From NCBI GenBank assembly GCA_026025795.1, contig JAPEUG010000105.1, positions 1 to 45,454 of the forward strand: a stretch of DNA of 45,454 nt, in the 5' to 3' direction. This document shows positions 1-12,458 of this stretch, piece by piece. Origin of the DNA: Thelocarpon superellum. Lineage: Eukaryota. The notes beneath the pieces are model-generated. The model ran no database searches and was not told the DNA's origin. It saw only the letters and a list, made by a program, of their open reading frames with translations. Position 1 is the stretch's first letter. Each line of letters begins with the position of its first letter. A program made the position numbers and the translations under genes.

Positions 1-93
1 CGCATCGGGCGCAGACCAGGGCGAGGTCTTGACCTCATCCATCCATCGACCGCATCGCTCGCCCACGCATCGTGAGGCATCAGTATCACCATC

Positions 94-3000
94 ATGTCAT
101 CCCTCCCACCACCACCGCCCCCCGGATGGGGCCCGTCGGCGCCGCCGGCGATGTCGCTCGCGCCGCCACCGCCGGGCTATCGACCCCCCGCCGATCCGCA
201 AGCCGCCAAATTTGCGCAGAAGCAGAAGGAATGGCTACGATCGCATCGCAATCGCTTTGGCGAACGGCGGAAGGCTGGCTTCGTCGAGACTGAGAAGGCC
301 GACCTGCCGCCCGAGCATCTGCGCAAGATCGTCAAGGACATCGGCGACGTGTCACAGCGGAAGTTCAGCAGCGACAAGCGGAGCTACCTAGGCGCGCTGA
401 AGTTCATGCCTCACGCCGTCCTGAAGCTCCTAGAGAACATGCCCATGCCGTGGGAGTCAGCCCGCGAGGTCCGCGTCCTATACCACGTCAACGGCTGCTT
501 GACCCTCGTGAACGAGGTGCCCCGCGTCATTGAACCTGTCTTCCACGCCCAGTGGGCTACCATGTGGGTCTGCATGCGGCGTGAGAAGAGCGACCGCCGC
601 CACTTCAAGCGCATGCGCTTTCCGCCCTTTGACGACGAAGAGCCGCCGTTGGCCTGGTCGGAGAATATTGCCAACGTCGACCCCCTCGAGCCCATCCAAA
701 TGGAACTGGACGAGGTGGAAGACGCGCCCGTGTACGAGTGGTTCTACGACCATCGTGCGCTGCTCGATACCCCGCACGTCAATGGCCCAACGTACAAGAC
801 CTGGAACTTGACCCTGCCGCAGATGGCCACGCTGTATCGGCTGAGCCACCAGCTCCTCAGCGATTTGGTCGACAAGAATTACTTCCACATGTTCGACCTG
901 AACAGCTTCCTGACGGCCAAGGCCCTCAACGTCGCGATTCCCGGGGGCCCGCGCTTCGAGCCCCTTTACAAGGATATCGACCCCAACGATGAAGACTTTG
1001 GCGAGTTCAACGCCATCGACCGGATCATCTTTCGCGCTCCCATCCGGACCGAGTACCGCGTTGCCTTCCCCTACCTTTACAACTCGCTACCGCGCAGCGT
1101 CAAGGTGGCCTGGTACTCTTACCCGCAGGTCGTCTACGTGCGTGCTGAGGACCCGAGCCTACCGGCCTTCTACTTCGACCCCGTCATCAATCCCATCTCC
1201 TCACGCTCCGTGGCGCCCAAGAATCTGAGCGTCAGCCACGAGGACGAGATCTTTGGACATGGCAACGATACCGACGACGAATTCACGCTGCCGGCCGAGG
1301 TCGAGCCCTTTCTCGCCGACGAGGACCTCTACACGAGCGAAACGGCGTCGGCCATCGCCCTCTGGTGGGCCCCGTACCCCTTCGACCGCCGCTCGGGCCG
1401 GACGGTGCGGGCACAAGACGTGCCGCTCGTCAAGCAGTGGTACCTCGAGCACTGCCCGCAGGGCCAGCCGGTCAAGGTGCGGGTGTCATACCAGAAGCTG
1501 CTCAAGACCTACGTCCTGAACGAGCTGCACAAGCGGCGACCGCAGCCGCAGAACAAGCAGAACCTGATGAAGACGCTACGCGGGACCAAGTTCTTCCAGC
1601 AGACGACCATCGACTGGGTCGAGGCCGGGCTACAAGTGTGCCGGCAGGGCTTCAACATGCTGAACCTCTTGATCCACCGCAAGAACTTGACCTACCTGCA
1701 CCTGGACTTCAACTTCAATCTGAAGCCTGTCAAGACGCTGACGACCAAGGAGCGCAAGAAGTCGCGCTTCGGCAATGCCTTCCACCTGATGCGTGAGATT
1801 CTGCGCCTCACCAAGCTCATCGTCGACGCGCAGGTGCAGTACCGGCTGGGCAACATCGACGCCTTCCAATTAGCCGACGGCATCCTATACGCCTTCAACC
1901 ACGTGGGCCAGCTCACGGGTATGTACCGATACAAGTACAAGCTTATGCACCAGATCCGCTCGTGCAAGGACCTCAAGCATCTCATCTACTACCGCTTCAA
2001 CTCCGGCCCCGTCGGCAAGGGCCCCGGCTGCGGCTTCTGGGCGCCGGCCTGGCGCGTCTGGCTGTTCTTCATGCGCGGCATCATCCCGCTGCTGGAGCGC
2101 TGGCTCGGCAACCTGCTGTCGCGCCAGTTCGAGGGCCGGCACAGCAAGGGCGTGGCCAAGACGGTGACGAAGCAGCGCGTCGAGTCGCACTTTGACCTCG
2201 AGCTGCGCGCCTCTGTCATGGCGGACTTGATGGACATGATGCCCGAGGGCATCAAACAGAACAAGGTCAACACCGTGCTGCAGCACCTGTCGGAGGCCTG
2301 GCGCTGCTGGAAGAGCAACATCCCGTGGAAGGTGCCGGGCCTGCCTGCGCCCATCGAGAACATCATCCTGCGCTACGTCAAGAGCAAGGCGGACTGGTGG
2401 GTCTCCGTGGCGCACTACAACCGCGAGCGCATCCGGCGCGGCGCCACCGTCGACAAGACCGTGGCCAAGAAGAACCTCGGCCGGCTCACGCGGCTCTGGC
2501 TCAAGGCGGAACAGGAGCGGCAGCACAACTACATGAAGGACGGGCCGTACGTGTCGTCGGAGGAGGCCGTGGCCATCTACACCACTACGGTGCACTGGCT
2601 CGAGTCGCGCAAATTCTCGCCCATCCCCTTCCCCAGCGTCTCCTACAAGCACGACACCAAGATCCTCATCCTCGCCCTCGAGCGCCTGCGCGAGGCCTAC
2701 TCCGTCAAGGGCCGGCTGAACCAGAGCCAGCGCGAAGAGCTGGCGTTGATCGAGCAGGCCTACGACTCGCCCGGCACGACGCTGGCGCGCATCAAGCGCT
2801 TCCTGCTGACGCAACGCGCCTTCAAGGAGGTGGGGATCGACATGAACGACAATTACAGCACCATCAACCCCGTCTACGACATCGAGCCGGTGGAGAAGAT
2901 CACCGACGCCTACCTGGACCAGTACCTCTGGTACCAGGCCGATCAGCGCCACCTCTTCCCGGCGTGGATCAAACCATCGGACGCCGAAGTGCCGCCGCTG

Positions 3001-6000
3001 CTCACGTACAAGTGGGCTCAGGGCATCAACAACCTGGACGGCGTGTGGGAGACGGCGGCGGGCGAGTGCAACGTCATGATCGAGACGCAGCTGTCGAAGG
3101 TTTACGAGAAGATGGACCTCACCCTGCTCAATCGACTGCTGCGGCTGATCATGGACCACAACCTGGCGGACTACATCACGTCGAAGAACAACGTGCAGCT
3201 CAACTACAAGGACATGAACCACACCAACAGCTACGGGCTGATCCGCGGCCTGCAGTTCTCGGCCTTTGTCTTCCAGTACTACGGGCTCGTGATCGACCTG
3301 CTGCTGCTGGGCCTGCAACGTGCCAGCGAGATCGCCGGCCCGCCACAGAGCCCCAATGACTTCCTGCAGTTCCGCAATCGGGCGGCGGAGACGGTGCACC
3401 CCATCCGGCTGTACACGCGCTACATCGACCGGATCTGGGTCTTCTTGCGCTTCAGCGCCGACGAGTCGCGCGACCTCATCCAGCGCTTCCTCACGGAGCA
3501 GCCGGACCCGAACTTTGAGAACGTGATTGGGTATCGCAACAAGAAGTGCTGGCCGCGCGACTCGCGCATGCGCCTGATGCGGCACGACGTCAACCTTGGC
3601 CGCGCCGTCTTCTGGGATCTCAAGAACCGGCTGCCGCGCTCCGTGACGACGATCGAGTGGGACGACACGTTTGCCAGCGTGTACAGCCGCGACAACCCGA
3701 ACCTGCTCTTCGCCATGTGCGGCTTCGAGGTCCGCATCCTGCCCAAGCTGCGTAACCTCAACGAGGAGTTTCCCGTCAAGGACAGCGTCTGGTCGCTCGT
3801 CAACAACACGACCAAGGAACGCACGGCGCACGCCTTCCTGCAGGTGACGGAGGAGGACATTGCCAAGTTCAACAACCGGATCCGCCAGATCCTCATGTCC
3901 TCGGGCTCGACCACCTTCACCAAGATCGCCAACAAATGGAACACCACGCTCATCGCCCTCTTCACCTACTACCGTGAGGCGGCCGTGTCGACGGTGAACC
4001 TGCTCGACACCATCGTCAAGTGCGAGACCAAGATCCAGACGCGCGTCAAGATCGGCCTCAACTCGAAGATGCCCTCGCGCTTCCCGCCGGCCGTCTTCTA
4101 CACGCCCAAGGAGCTGGGCGGGCTCGGCATGATCTCGGGCTCGCACATCCTCATCCCGACGAGCGACAAGCGCTGGTCCAAGCAGACCGACGTCGGCGTG
4201 ACCCACTACCGCGCCGGTATGACGCACGACGAGGACACGCTGATCCCCAACATCTTCCGCTACATCATCCCGTGGGAGGCGGAGTTCATCGACTCGCAGC
4301 GCGTCTGGACCGAGTACTCGCAGAAGCGGGCGGAGGCGAACCAGCAGAACCGGCGCCTGACGCTCGAGGACCTCGAGGACAGCTGGGACCGGGGCCTGCC
4401 GCGCATCAACACGCTCTTCCAGAAGGACCGCAGCACGCTGAGCTTCGACAAGGGCTTCCGCACGCGCACCGAGTTCAAGACGTACCAGCTCATGAAGAGC
4501 AACCCGTTCTGGTGGACGAGCCAGCGGCACGACGGCAAGCTGTGGAATCTCAACGCCTACCGCACCGACGTGATCCAGGCGCTGGGCGGGGTGGAGACGA
4601 TCCTCGAGCACACGCTCTTCAAGGCCACGGCGTTTCCCTCGTGGGAGGGTCTCTTCTGGGAGAAGGCGTCGGGCTTCGAGGAGTCGATGAAGTTCAAGAA
4701 GCTCACCAACGCCCAGCGCTCCGGTCTCAACCAGATCCCCAACCGTCGCTTCACGCTGTGGTGGTCGCCGACCATCAACCGGGCCAACGTGTACGTGGGC
4801 TTCCAGGTCCAGCTCGATCTCACGGGCATCTTCCTGCACGGCAAGATCCCGACGCTCAAGATCTCGCTGATCCAGATCTTCCGCGCGCATCTGTGGCAGA
4901 AGATCCACGAATCGGTGGTGATGGATCTGTGCCAGGTCTTCGACCAGGAGCTCGAGTCGCTCGGCATCGAGACGGTGCAGAAGGAGACGATCCATCCGCG
5001 GAAGTCGTACAAGATGAACAGCTCGTGCGCCGACATCCTGCTCTTCGCCAGCCACAAGTGGAACGTGACGCGGCCATCGATCCTCTTCGACACCAAGGAT
5101 GTCATCGACAGCACCACGACCAACAAGTTCTGGGTGGACGTGCAACTGCGCTACGGTGACTACGACTCGCACGACATCGAGCGCTACGTGCGCGCCAAGT
5201 ACCTTGACTACACCACGGACAGCATGAGCATCTACCCCTCGGCCACGGGGCTGATGATCGGCATCGACCTGGCGTACAACCTGTACTCGGCCTTTGGCCT
5301 CTACTTCCCCGGCCTCAAGACGCTGGTGCAGCAGGCCATGGCGAAGATCATGAAGGCCAACCCGGCGCTGTACGTGCTGCGCGAGCGCATCCGCAAGGGC
5401 CTGCAGCTGTACGCGTCGGAGAGCAACCAGGAGTTCCTCAACTCGCAGAACTACTCGGAGCTCTTCAGCAACCAGATCCAGCTCTTCATCGACGACACCA
5501 ACGTGTACCGCGTGACCATCCACAAGACGTTCGAGGGCAACCTGACGACGAAGCCGATCAACGGCGCCATCTTCATCTTCAACCCGCGCACGGGCCAGCT
5601 CTTCCTCAAGATCATCCACACCAGCGTGTGGGCGGGCCAGAAGCGCTTGGGCCAGCTGGCCAAGTGGAAGACGGCGGAGGAGGTGGCGGCGCTGATCCGG
5701 TCGCTGCCGGTGGAGGAGCAGCCGAAGCAGCTGATTGTGACGCGCAAGGGCCTGCTGGATCCGCTCGAGGTGCACCTGCTCGACTTCCCCAACATCTCGA
5801 TCCGGGCGTCGGAGCTGCAGCTGCCCTTCCAGGCCGCGATGAAGGTGGAGAAGCTGGGCGACATGATCCTGCGCGCCACCGAGCCGCAGATGGTGCTGTT
5901 CAACCTGTACGACGAGTGGCTCAAGACCATCTCGTCGTACACGGCCTTCTCGCGTCTGATCCTGATCCTGCGCGCGCTGCACGTCAACATGGACAAGACC

Positions 6001-7256
6001 AAGCTGCTCCTGCGGCCGGACAAGACGGTCATCACGCAGGAGCACCACATCTGGCCGTCGCTGTCGGACGAGGACTGGATCAAGGTGGAGGTGCAGCTGC
6101 GCGATCTGATCCTGAATGACTACGGGAAGAAGAACAACGTCAACACGTCGAGTCTCACCAGCAGCGAGGTGCGCGACATCATCCTGGGCATGGAGATCAG
6201 CGCGCCGTCCATGCAGCGCCAGCAGGCCGCGGAGATTGAGAAGCAGCAACAGGAGCAGCAGCAGCTGACCGCGGTCACGACCAAGACGCAGAACGTGCAT
6301 GGCGAGGATCTGATTGTGACGACGACGTCGCAGTACGAGCAGCAGTCGTTTGCCTCGAAGACGGAGTGGCGGACGCGGGCCATCGCCACGTCGAACCTGC
6401 GCACGCGCGCCAACAACATCTACATCTCATCGGAGGACGTGCAGGAGGAAGGCCATTTCACCTACATCATGCCCAAGAACATCCTCAAGCGCTTCATCGC
6501 CATCGCCGACCTGCGGGTGCAGGTGGCCGGCTTCCTGTACGGCTCGTCGCCGCCCGACAACGGGCAGGTCAAGGAGATCAAGTGCATCGTCATGGTGCCG
6601 CAGGTGGGCAACACGCGCGACGTGCAAGTGGCGCAGCAGCTGCCGCAGCACGAGTACCTCCAGACGCTCGAGCCGCTCGGCGTCATCCACACGGTGTCGG
6701 GCAACGAGCCTCCGTACATGACCTCCATGGACGTCACGGCGCACTCGCGCCTGATGGCGGCCCATCCCTCGTGGGACAACAAGACGGTGACGATGACGGT
6801 CTCCTTCACGCCCGGCTCCGTATCCCTCGCGGCCTGGGCCCTCACCCCGGCCGGGTACAAGTGGGGCGCGGAGAACCGCGACACGGGCTCGGACATGCCG
6901 CAGGGCTTCAGCACCAGCATGGGCGAGAAATGCCAGCTCTTGCTGAGCGACCGGGTGCGCGGCTACTTCCTCGTGCCGACCATCGGGCTCTGGAACTACT
7001 CCTTCATGGGCAGTGCGTTTTCGTCGGTGGAGAAGAAACGGGTGGATGTGAAGATTGACACGCCATTGGTGAGTGACCCAGTACCTTGTTTCCCATTCCT
7101 ACTCCCCTCCGATTCTCTTATCATCATCCTACCACAAGGGCCACATGCTCATTGTGAGAACAGCCCTTCTACAGCGACCAGCACCGCCCGCTACATTTCC
7201 AGAACTTTGCCGAGTTGGAGGATATCTGGGTGGATCGGAACGACAACTTTGCGTAG
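94..7256 (+). CDS. PRP8: Pre-mRNA splicing factor Prp8 (U5 snRNP); exons 94-7068 and 7164-7256
   Basis: Unmistakable Prp8 sequence (e.g. [46 protein letters not shown]). Intron 7069-7163 (GTGAGT...GCTCAT...CAG) restores the conserved C-terminus [30 protein letters not shown]. The ORF track reads through this intron. Confidence 0.98.
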
Positions 7257-8713
7257 TCTCTCTGCTCGTTTCTTACCCTGCCTTGCCCCCTACCTCCGTT
7301 ACTGGATTGCCAAGTGAGAATCACGAGAAGAGGACAGAGAGAACGGAAATGGGCAAAATGGCGTTGACGTGATTTGATCTGACGCGTACGTCACGTGGCA
7401 TCCGTACCTGTTTCTGTACCTGTACCTCTGTGTGTGGATCGAATCTGTCAATGTATTCTTACCTCTTCCGAGCGAGCATGCCGTCGACATGTCCGTCATC
7501 AGCGAACTAAAGAAGCCATAACCCAAGAAACCGAGCAATTGAAAAGTCAGGAAGTCGACTGAGTAGATGAAAATTACGCTTGGGTGTTTGTGACAGAACA
7601 GCAAGAAGGTTTGGTGCGCCACAAAAATATCGATTTTTATATTCAAAGTATTTCTCCGTTCTGTATTTTTCTTGAATTCCTCCCTCCGGAGCTGCAGTAC
7701 TCCTGAGCAGGGAAGATAGACCCACGACGTCCGACTACGGTCTCAACCTCTTCATTCTAACCCAGCCATAAGACAAACACAGGTACAGACACTAGGTAGT
7801 GTTGGACATCGCTGCTCCCAGGCCCCCGTGGCTCCTGTGGGTGCTTGACACACTGTCTTCCACATAGACGACCAAGACGATTATATTACGTGGACGTCTG
7901 GGAGCCAGGGAGCCACGACACGACGGTCGATCACAGACTTGGCTTGGTCTCGTATTCGTGTAACTACTCAGTGAATCAGATGGCGGGAGCTAACTTCCTC
8001 GTTGGCCGTCGTGGCTCCCGGTCCCCCGGCCTCTTGGAAAGAAGATGTAATCAACATGACCAGATTGTCTGCGCGTGTGGGGGGCCAGGAGCCGCGACGT
8101 TCGACGATGGAGTTGGCGTACTGGAGGGGGCTCGTACAGGAGCTCTCGTCACTTGACTGCATCGCTGCACGTGACCTATCCTGGCTGTATAGTAGCACGC
8201 AGAATAGCTTCTGTAGACCAGATCACCTGTTCCAGTGGATTCTCTGGGACGCGTCAGTACGAACCAAGTGCTTACCGCACTCTTTGAGCTGGATTGTATT
8301 GACGCAACCCGAAAATTAGACTGGAATGGGTGATCTATGCTATGGAAGCTATCTGTCGTTCAACTATACAGCTATGGTGGGTCACGTGCGGCAGCTTCGT
8401 CAAAAGCCTAGAGCTCCCGTATGGAGCCTCCACAGGACCAACATCGATGACTACCATGTGTATTGTGCCACCTTCTACGCGTAATGAAGGATGCCCATTC
8501 CATCCTTCTTCGTCTTCGCTCTCGTGCTCGTTCCTGCCCTGATGCTCGTCTCGCTATTGCTTTTCCAGTGGATTTCTACTCTACACTCCCTCTATCCTCT
8601 CGCTTTCTTCCCCTGCCGAACCCGCTTCTCTTACACCGTCCATGTCAACCATCACCTGCCAGGACCACTTGAGCAGGTGAGATGCATGGAGAGAAAACCA
8701 AGTCGTTGTACAT

Positions 8714-10063
8714 CTACCGATACTCGGGACGCACGAAATCCGCCATCGTCTTGGGCTCTTCGTAGTTGTGTGCGCCGTCCGCGTCTACTCGCATGGTCAG
8801 GTCAGGTCAATGTCACAGAGACGATGGGGAGAGACGCGCAGGGAGGATTGGAGGAACTCACGCTCGCCATCGTGATGGTGATCATGCGGATCCTCTTGCG
8901 GTCCTACATAGTGCATCTTGTACACGCTGCCGCATTCGGGGCATCGTTCGATCGGTCGATTACGCGACATCTGTCCATGCCATGGCTTCAATTATCGCTC
9001 CACTACAGCGAAGGGCAGTAGAGACGGAGGAGGGTAACTCACCGTCAACCAAATCGTAACATGCGAATCTGCCGGATAACCCGTACATCCGGCATATTGC
9101 TCGTCGCCAAGCGATCTGACGGTGATGGGATTCTCCATGGTGCCTGTTGTTTGCACGACCCTCATCTCAGCCGGTCATCCTTTTCCCTTGCTGCATCGTC
9201 TCGACTCGACTCGTCTTTTTGGTCGAGCTACATCAATTCGCCTTCGCTAGCATCCCTCCTCATCCTCAACCGCATGTCGCACAGCGGATATCGGATGTGG
9301 CGGCGGCGGATCGTCGATGCTCTCGGGAGAACACAAAAGAAGGATGGCTCTTACCTTTTCGAGACGCATCCAAGGGCTTCATGTCGAAGATATCAATCGC
9401 TTGCATCTTGCCCAGGATCTCCAACCGCTCCAGTCCAGTCGCCTGTTCCAGGTCCGTAGGGACTGTTCCTGCCTTGGCGCCCGGCGGTAACAGATCGCTC
9501 TCCTTGGTCACCTCTGTTATGACCACATTCATTGGATTAGCCCACATATACCCACACCTCGCCGAATATTCGCCATGTCTCCATCGCCGCGAGGAAGGCA
9601 AATATTTCACGCAAATCACGATCCATCAACAGCGACAGCGACAGACCATCTTGTGTCCAAAAACACCCTGCAACTGAGGACGAAGGAACGTGGCCGTGGA
9701 CGGACGATGGCAGGAGAGCCGCGGAAGGATAGCAGGCCGGTAGCCGGCGGCGTATCTCCCAGGGACGGACAAGAGTAACCCACCTTCGAACTTCTTCATG
9801 CGCGTGTCGGCCGTGGATGAGGAAGAGGAAGAGGAAGAGGAGGAGGAGCTCGGCGTCTTGGCAGTTGCTTTCGCGTCGCCTATGATGTCCAGGAGAGTGA
9901 TCAGCCGCGGTGCTTCCCAAGGCATAGTCCTCATCCGTGCCACCTGTCACGCCTGTCACGTACCTCGGCGCACGGTGGTGGCGAAGCTGCGGACCGCCAA
10001 CGGCTGAAGGGCTACCCGTCGCGCAGCCAAAGCCGCGACATGGGTAGAGCGTCGAAGGAGCAT
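8714..10063 (-). CDS. COX4: Cytochrome c oxidase subunit 4 (fungal Cox4 / mammalian Vb); exons 10063-9964, 9879-9784, 9513-9355, 9143-9043, 8970-8862, 8784-8714
   Basis: Arg-rich presequence MLLRRSTHVAALAARRVALQPLAVRSFATTVRR; motifs GTVPTDLEQATGLERLEILGK, YAGCTGYPADSH and zinc-binding ERCPECGSVYKM; five GT-AG introns join all exons in frame. Confidence 0.95.
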
Positions 10064-10300
10064 GATGCGGGCAGGCAATGGATGGATGGAGGGTGGTAGA
10101 GGCGATGGAGACGGTGTGGTTGCTGCCCGTCCGACGGGCGTCGCGATATTCGGTAACCACCAGCGCTCGACCACTACGACCGGTGGATTCCCCGGGCCAC
10201 GAGACCGAGTATTTTCATTAGTCCGCAATAGTATTTTGTCGCGCTTTTCGCGTGCATAAAGCGCCCGACCGCGCGCCGCTGAGACTTGCATAACTAGCGA

Positions 10301-10328
10301 TGCTCCGTGCTCCGTGCTCCGTGCTCCG
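10301..10328. repeat. Tandem heptamer (TGCTCCG)x4 upstream of COX4
   Basis: Direct reading of the sequence. Confidence 0.9.
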
Positions 10329-11371
10329 TCCGGAGCGGCGCTCTGCACAATTGCTTGTGGTTTCAGCTTATGAGCAGCCGTTAGTCAGCTATTCCGCTTC
10401 CAAAGCTCCGTGCACGTCTCCCCTTCGCACCCACTCGTGAGACTGGCGCCGGTCCAGCTCGAATCCAAGCTGAGACCAGGACATTAAGCTCCGCCAGGGG
10501 GGTAGCGGTATAACTTATGCAATATGCTACATGCTCACGACCATGCTTGGGGGGGCATGTGAGACGCGAGCAGGCAATATCACCCCTTCGCTATGGATAA
10601 GTCCCTGGTCCGTTAATGCACGAAATAGCCTCTGCTACCGGTCCACCGCTTCTTTGCTTGTGGGACTCCCCACGGAGGGCCGTGCGACGCGCCCTGAGGA
10701 GCTCTGCGGCTGATGCCCAAGTCGTGACGAAGCCCCGAAATAGCCGGAATGGGGTCCCGCATACCCTCCAGTGGGGCCCCAATCCGCCGCCCATCTTCCC
10801 GCACCCGTCGCTCGATGCCGACGTTGTGTCTAGCCATGCCCCCGCAACTGCCGGCAGATCCGGTCATTTCTGATCGGCCGTTCGGGTAGGCTAACGTCAT
10901 ATCGTCCTGCCGGCCGCGTCCCTCATGATTCACGTCAACATCACTGGTCAGCATTAAGACGTCAACATGGTGTATCCCAGTGGGGCACCGGATGACGGCC
11001 GGTCGTCAGACCGGCGATTCCCGTCTATGTAGAGCCGAGGGGACTGCTTGGCCAGAATTTTCGAATGAATGTTGCCCTATACAAGCCACACATGACGCGA
11101 GCCTCCGAAGAGCAGTGCAAGAGTGACACAACACAACACCAAGGAAAAGGGCAAATCTATCCTGTCATCCCGAGCATCCAAGATCTCACGCGCAGCACGT
11201 CGCGTCGTGGCGACACTACTCCCCCCTCGCGAAAATCCCATTCTCCAGAGTCCACCCCCGTAAAGGTCAATCACCGCAAGAGACGGTCTACATCCATGGA
11301 GGAGGAGGAGAGGCACCCCTCCCAAAGGGGCCGGCGTCACTTCCGTGGCCCATCCCGCGCCCCAGCACCCG

Positions 11372-12458
11372 TCACAATTCCTTGGCTTTGTCGCGGCAGG
11401 CGGCGGGCGAGAAGCCATTGCCCACCTTGCCGGCGACGATGCGCCATCGGTCTTGCTCGTACTCCTCGATGGCGTTGCGCAATCGAGCCGTCTGCCACAC
11501 CCTTTAGCCGTCGGGTTCGGGTGCGTCTTCACCAACCCTCGAGTCGCTCACGTACCGTTTCATCCGTCCACTGCGTCGTCTTGGCCTTCAGCTTGGTGCA
11601 GTAGCGCACTTGCAGCGTGCCCGACGAGCGTCCGGGGAAGAAGTCGGCGATTTGCTTCCACGTCAGGTTCTTGTTCTCCTTCAGCTCCACCAGGAGCTGG
11701 TCGTCGTCCGACGTGAACTTGAGCTTGGGACCCCGCGGCGCGGGCGCGGGCTCCGGCATGCCTTCTTGGCCGACGACGCTCGGCGGGCCACCGGCGCTCT
11801 CGGAGGGACGACCGCCCTCCCGTCGAGCTTGCTTGGTCGGCGGCGAGTGATCCGGAAGCCGGTGGTGATGATGTTGCTGCTGTTGCGGCTGCATCGAGGC
11901 GTGGTAGATGGCCAGGTTGGCAGGTCCGCCGCCCGGTCGTGCCATCCCGAGCGAGAGGGCGGTGGGGTCCCCCTCTTCTTCATCTCCCTCCTCCCCCTCC
12001 TCCACATCAGAGTGGAGGCCCAGGAGGGACAAGTCAGAAACGTCCTCGGTCCTACGCCGTTTAGCACCGGACGGTTGTGCCAAATGTGTAGGGGTGTGGT
12101 ACCCGTAGAGTGGTTGTGCGCTGGCATACTGGGGCGAGGGCCACTGATAGGGCGTGATGTGCTGCTGCGCTAAGAGCGCGGCATGGGACTGCTCTAAGTT
12201 CCCGAGAGCACTGCCGGGCCCCATGTGCATTCCCGGCCCGCCGCCCTGCCCGGCACTTGGCTGGCGTGAGCGTGCCGGCGCGCCCCCGTGGGCATGTGAT
12301 GGGTGGACGTGATGCGGGGGCGGCTGAAGAGACTGCGACGACGACGCTTGCTGCCGCCCCGGCGGCGGTGGGCCTTGCTGGCCGTGTTGTGAGGGATGGG
12401 TCGGCGTGCCTTGATGCTGCCGTGGGTGGTGACGCTGATGTGGCGTGCTCTGCTGCAT
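11372..12458 (-). CDS. Myb/SANT-domain transcription factor (Myb-1); exons 12458-11556 and 11491-11372; true start uncertain
   Basis: Q/H/P-rich N-terminus followed by KLKFTSDDDQLLVELKENKNLTWKQIADFFPGRSSGTLQVRYCTKLK. Intron 11555-11492 (GTACGT...GCTAAA...CAG) leads into a second repeat, TARLRNAIEEYEQDRWRIVAGKVGNGFSPAACRDKAKEL*. The first in-frame ATG is at 12458, but the frame is open further upstream. Confidence 0.88.

Noticed and set aside
1885..6300. 1471-aa antisense ORF inside PRP8, and other nested ORFs
   Set aside because: Shadow of strong C/G third-position codon bias, which removes stops on the opposite strand; no protein motifs.
7069..7317. ORF-track C-terminus of Prp8 (VSDPVPCF...WIAK)
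   Set aside because: Read-through of the final intron; splicing restores the conserved C-terminus.
10451..10478. GGTCCAGCTCGAATCCAAGCTGAGACCA, resembling a tRNA T-arm plus CCA
   Set aside because: Only a small hairpin; no TTC T-loop, D-arm or anticodon arm. A similar GCTCGAATCC near 36750 also fails.
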